Assembly: GCA_000934665.2 (NCBI GenBank)
Contig: JYFJ02000694.1
Coordinates: 62,001 to 115,296, forward strand
Length of the DNA stretch: 53,296 nucleotides
From: Catajapyx aquilonaris
Lineage: Eukaryota
Direction of reading: 5' to 3'
Part shown: one piece after another, positions 53,200-53,296 of the stretch
Position numbering within the stretch: position 1 is the first letter of the stretch
Layout: each line of letters opens with the position of its first letter
Position numbers and translations under genes: made by a program
The notes under the pieces: model-generated
What the model saw: the letters and a program-made list of their open reading frames with translations, nothing else
What the model was told of the DNA's origin: nothing
Databases searched by the model: none

Positions 53200-53296
53200 T
53201 TAAAGGGACACTCCACTCAAAATACAAGTTGGATTCTAAAAATCGGGCAAAAAATCCTGATTCCGAGGGTATAAGCAGTTTTCATGAGAGACGAAC
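53200..53296 (+). mobile_element. Possible left end of a TTAA-targeting (Kolobok-like) element, cut by the window edge
   Basis: ttaa followed by agggacactccactc, resembling Kolobok termini; the partner end is not visible. Confidence 0.3.

Noticed and set aside
1..53296. CRISPR arrays, operons, rRNA or prokaryotic defence systems
   Set aside because: No regularly spaced repeats or dense ORFs; spliceosomal gene structure shows eukaryotic DNA.

Overview
This is AT-rich eukaryotic DNA, probably from an arthropod (inferred from the receptor type). It contains parts of two spliced + strand genes. (1) The last six coding exons (416-4214) of a Cys-rich protein with three EB/EGF-like six-Cys modules followed by four LDL-receptor class A repeats; no transmembrane segment is visible. 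(2) The large first coding exon (26579-27896, TM1-TM6) of an oxytocin/vasopressin-type (inotocin) GPCR. I could not find its TM7 exon in the remaining 25 kb, which implies a very long intron. The rest is non-coding and rich in transposon fossils: a hAT-type MITE with a perfect 8-bp TSD, Tc1/pogo-type MITEs, decayed Tc1 and pogo transposases, several decayed LINE reverse transcriptases, and a set of long or perfect palindromes. Almost all other ORFs in the track are spurious. I found no evidence of a wholly new biological system. The best leads concern the receptor (~170-aa ICL3, unusual Pro changes, two uORFs, possible 6-TM read-through isoform) and the fold-back elements. Family assignments come from remembered motifs read by eye, not from searches.
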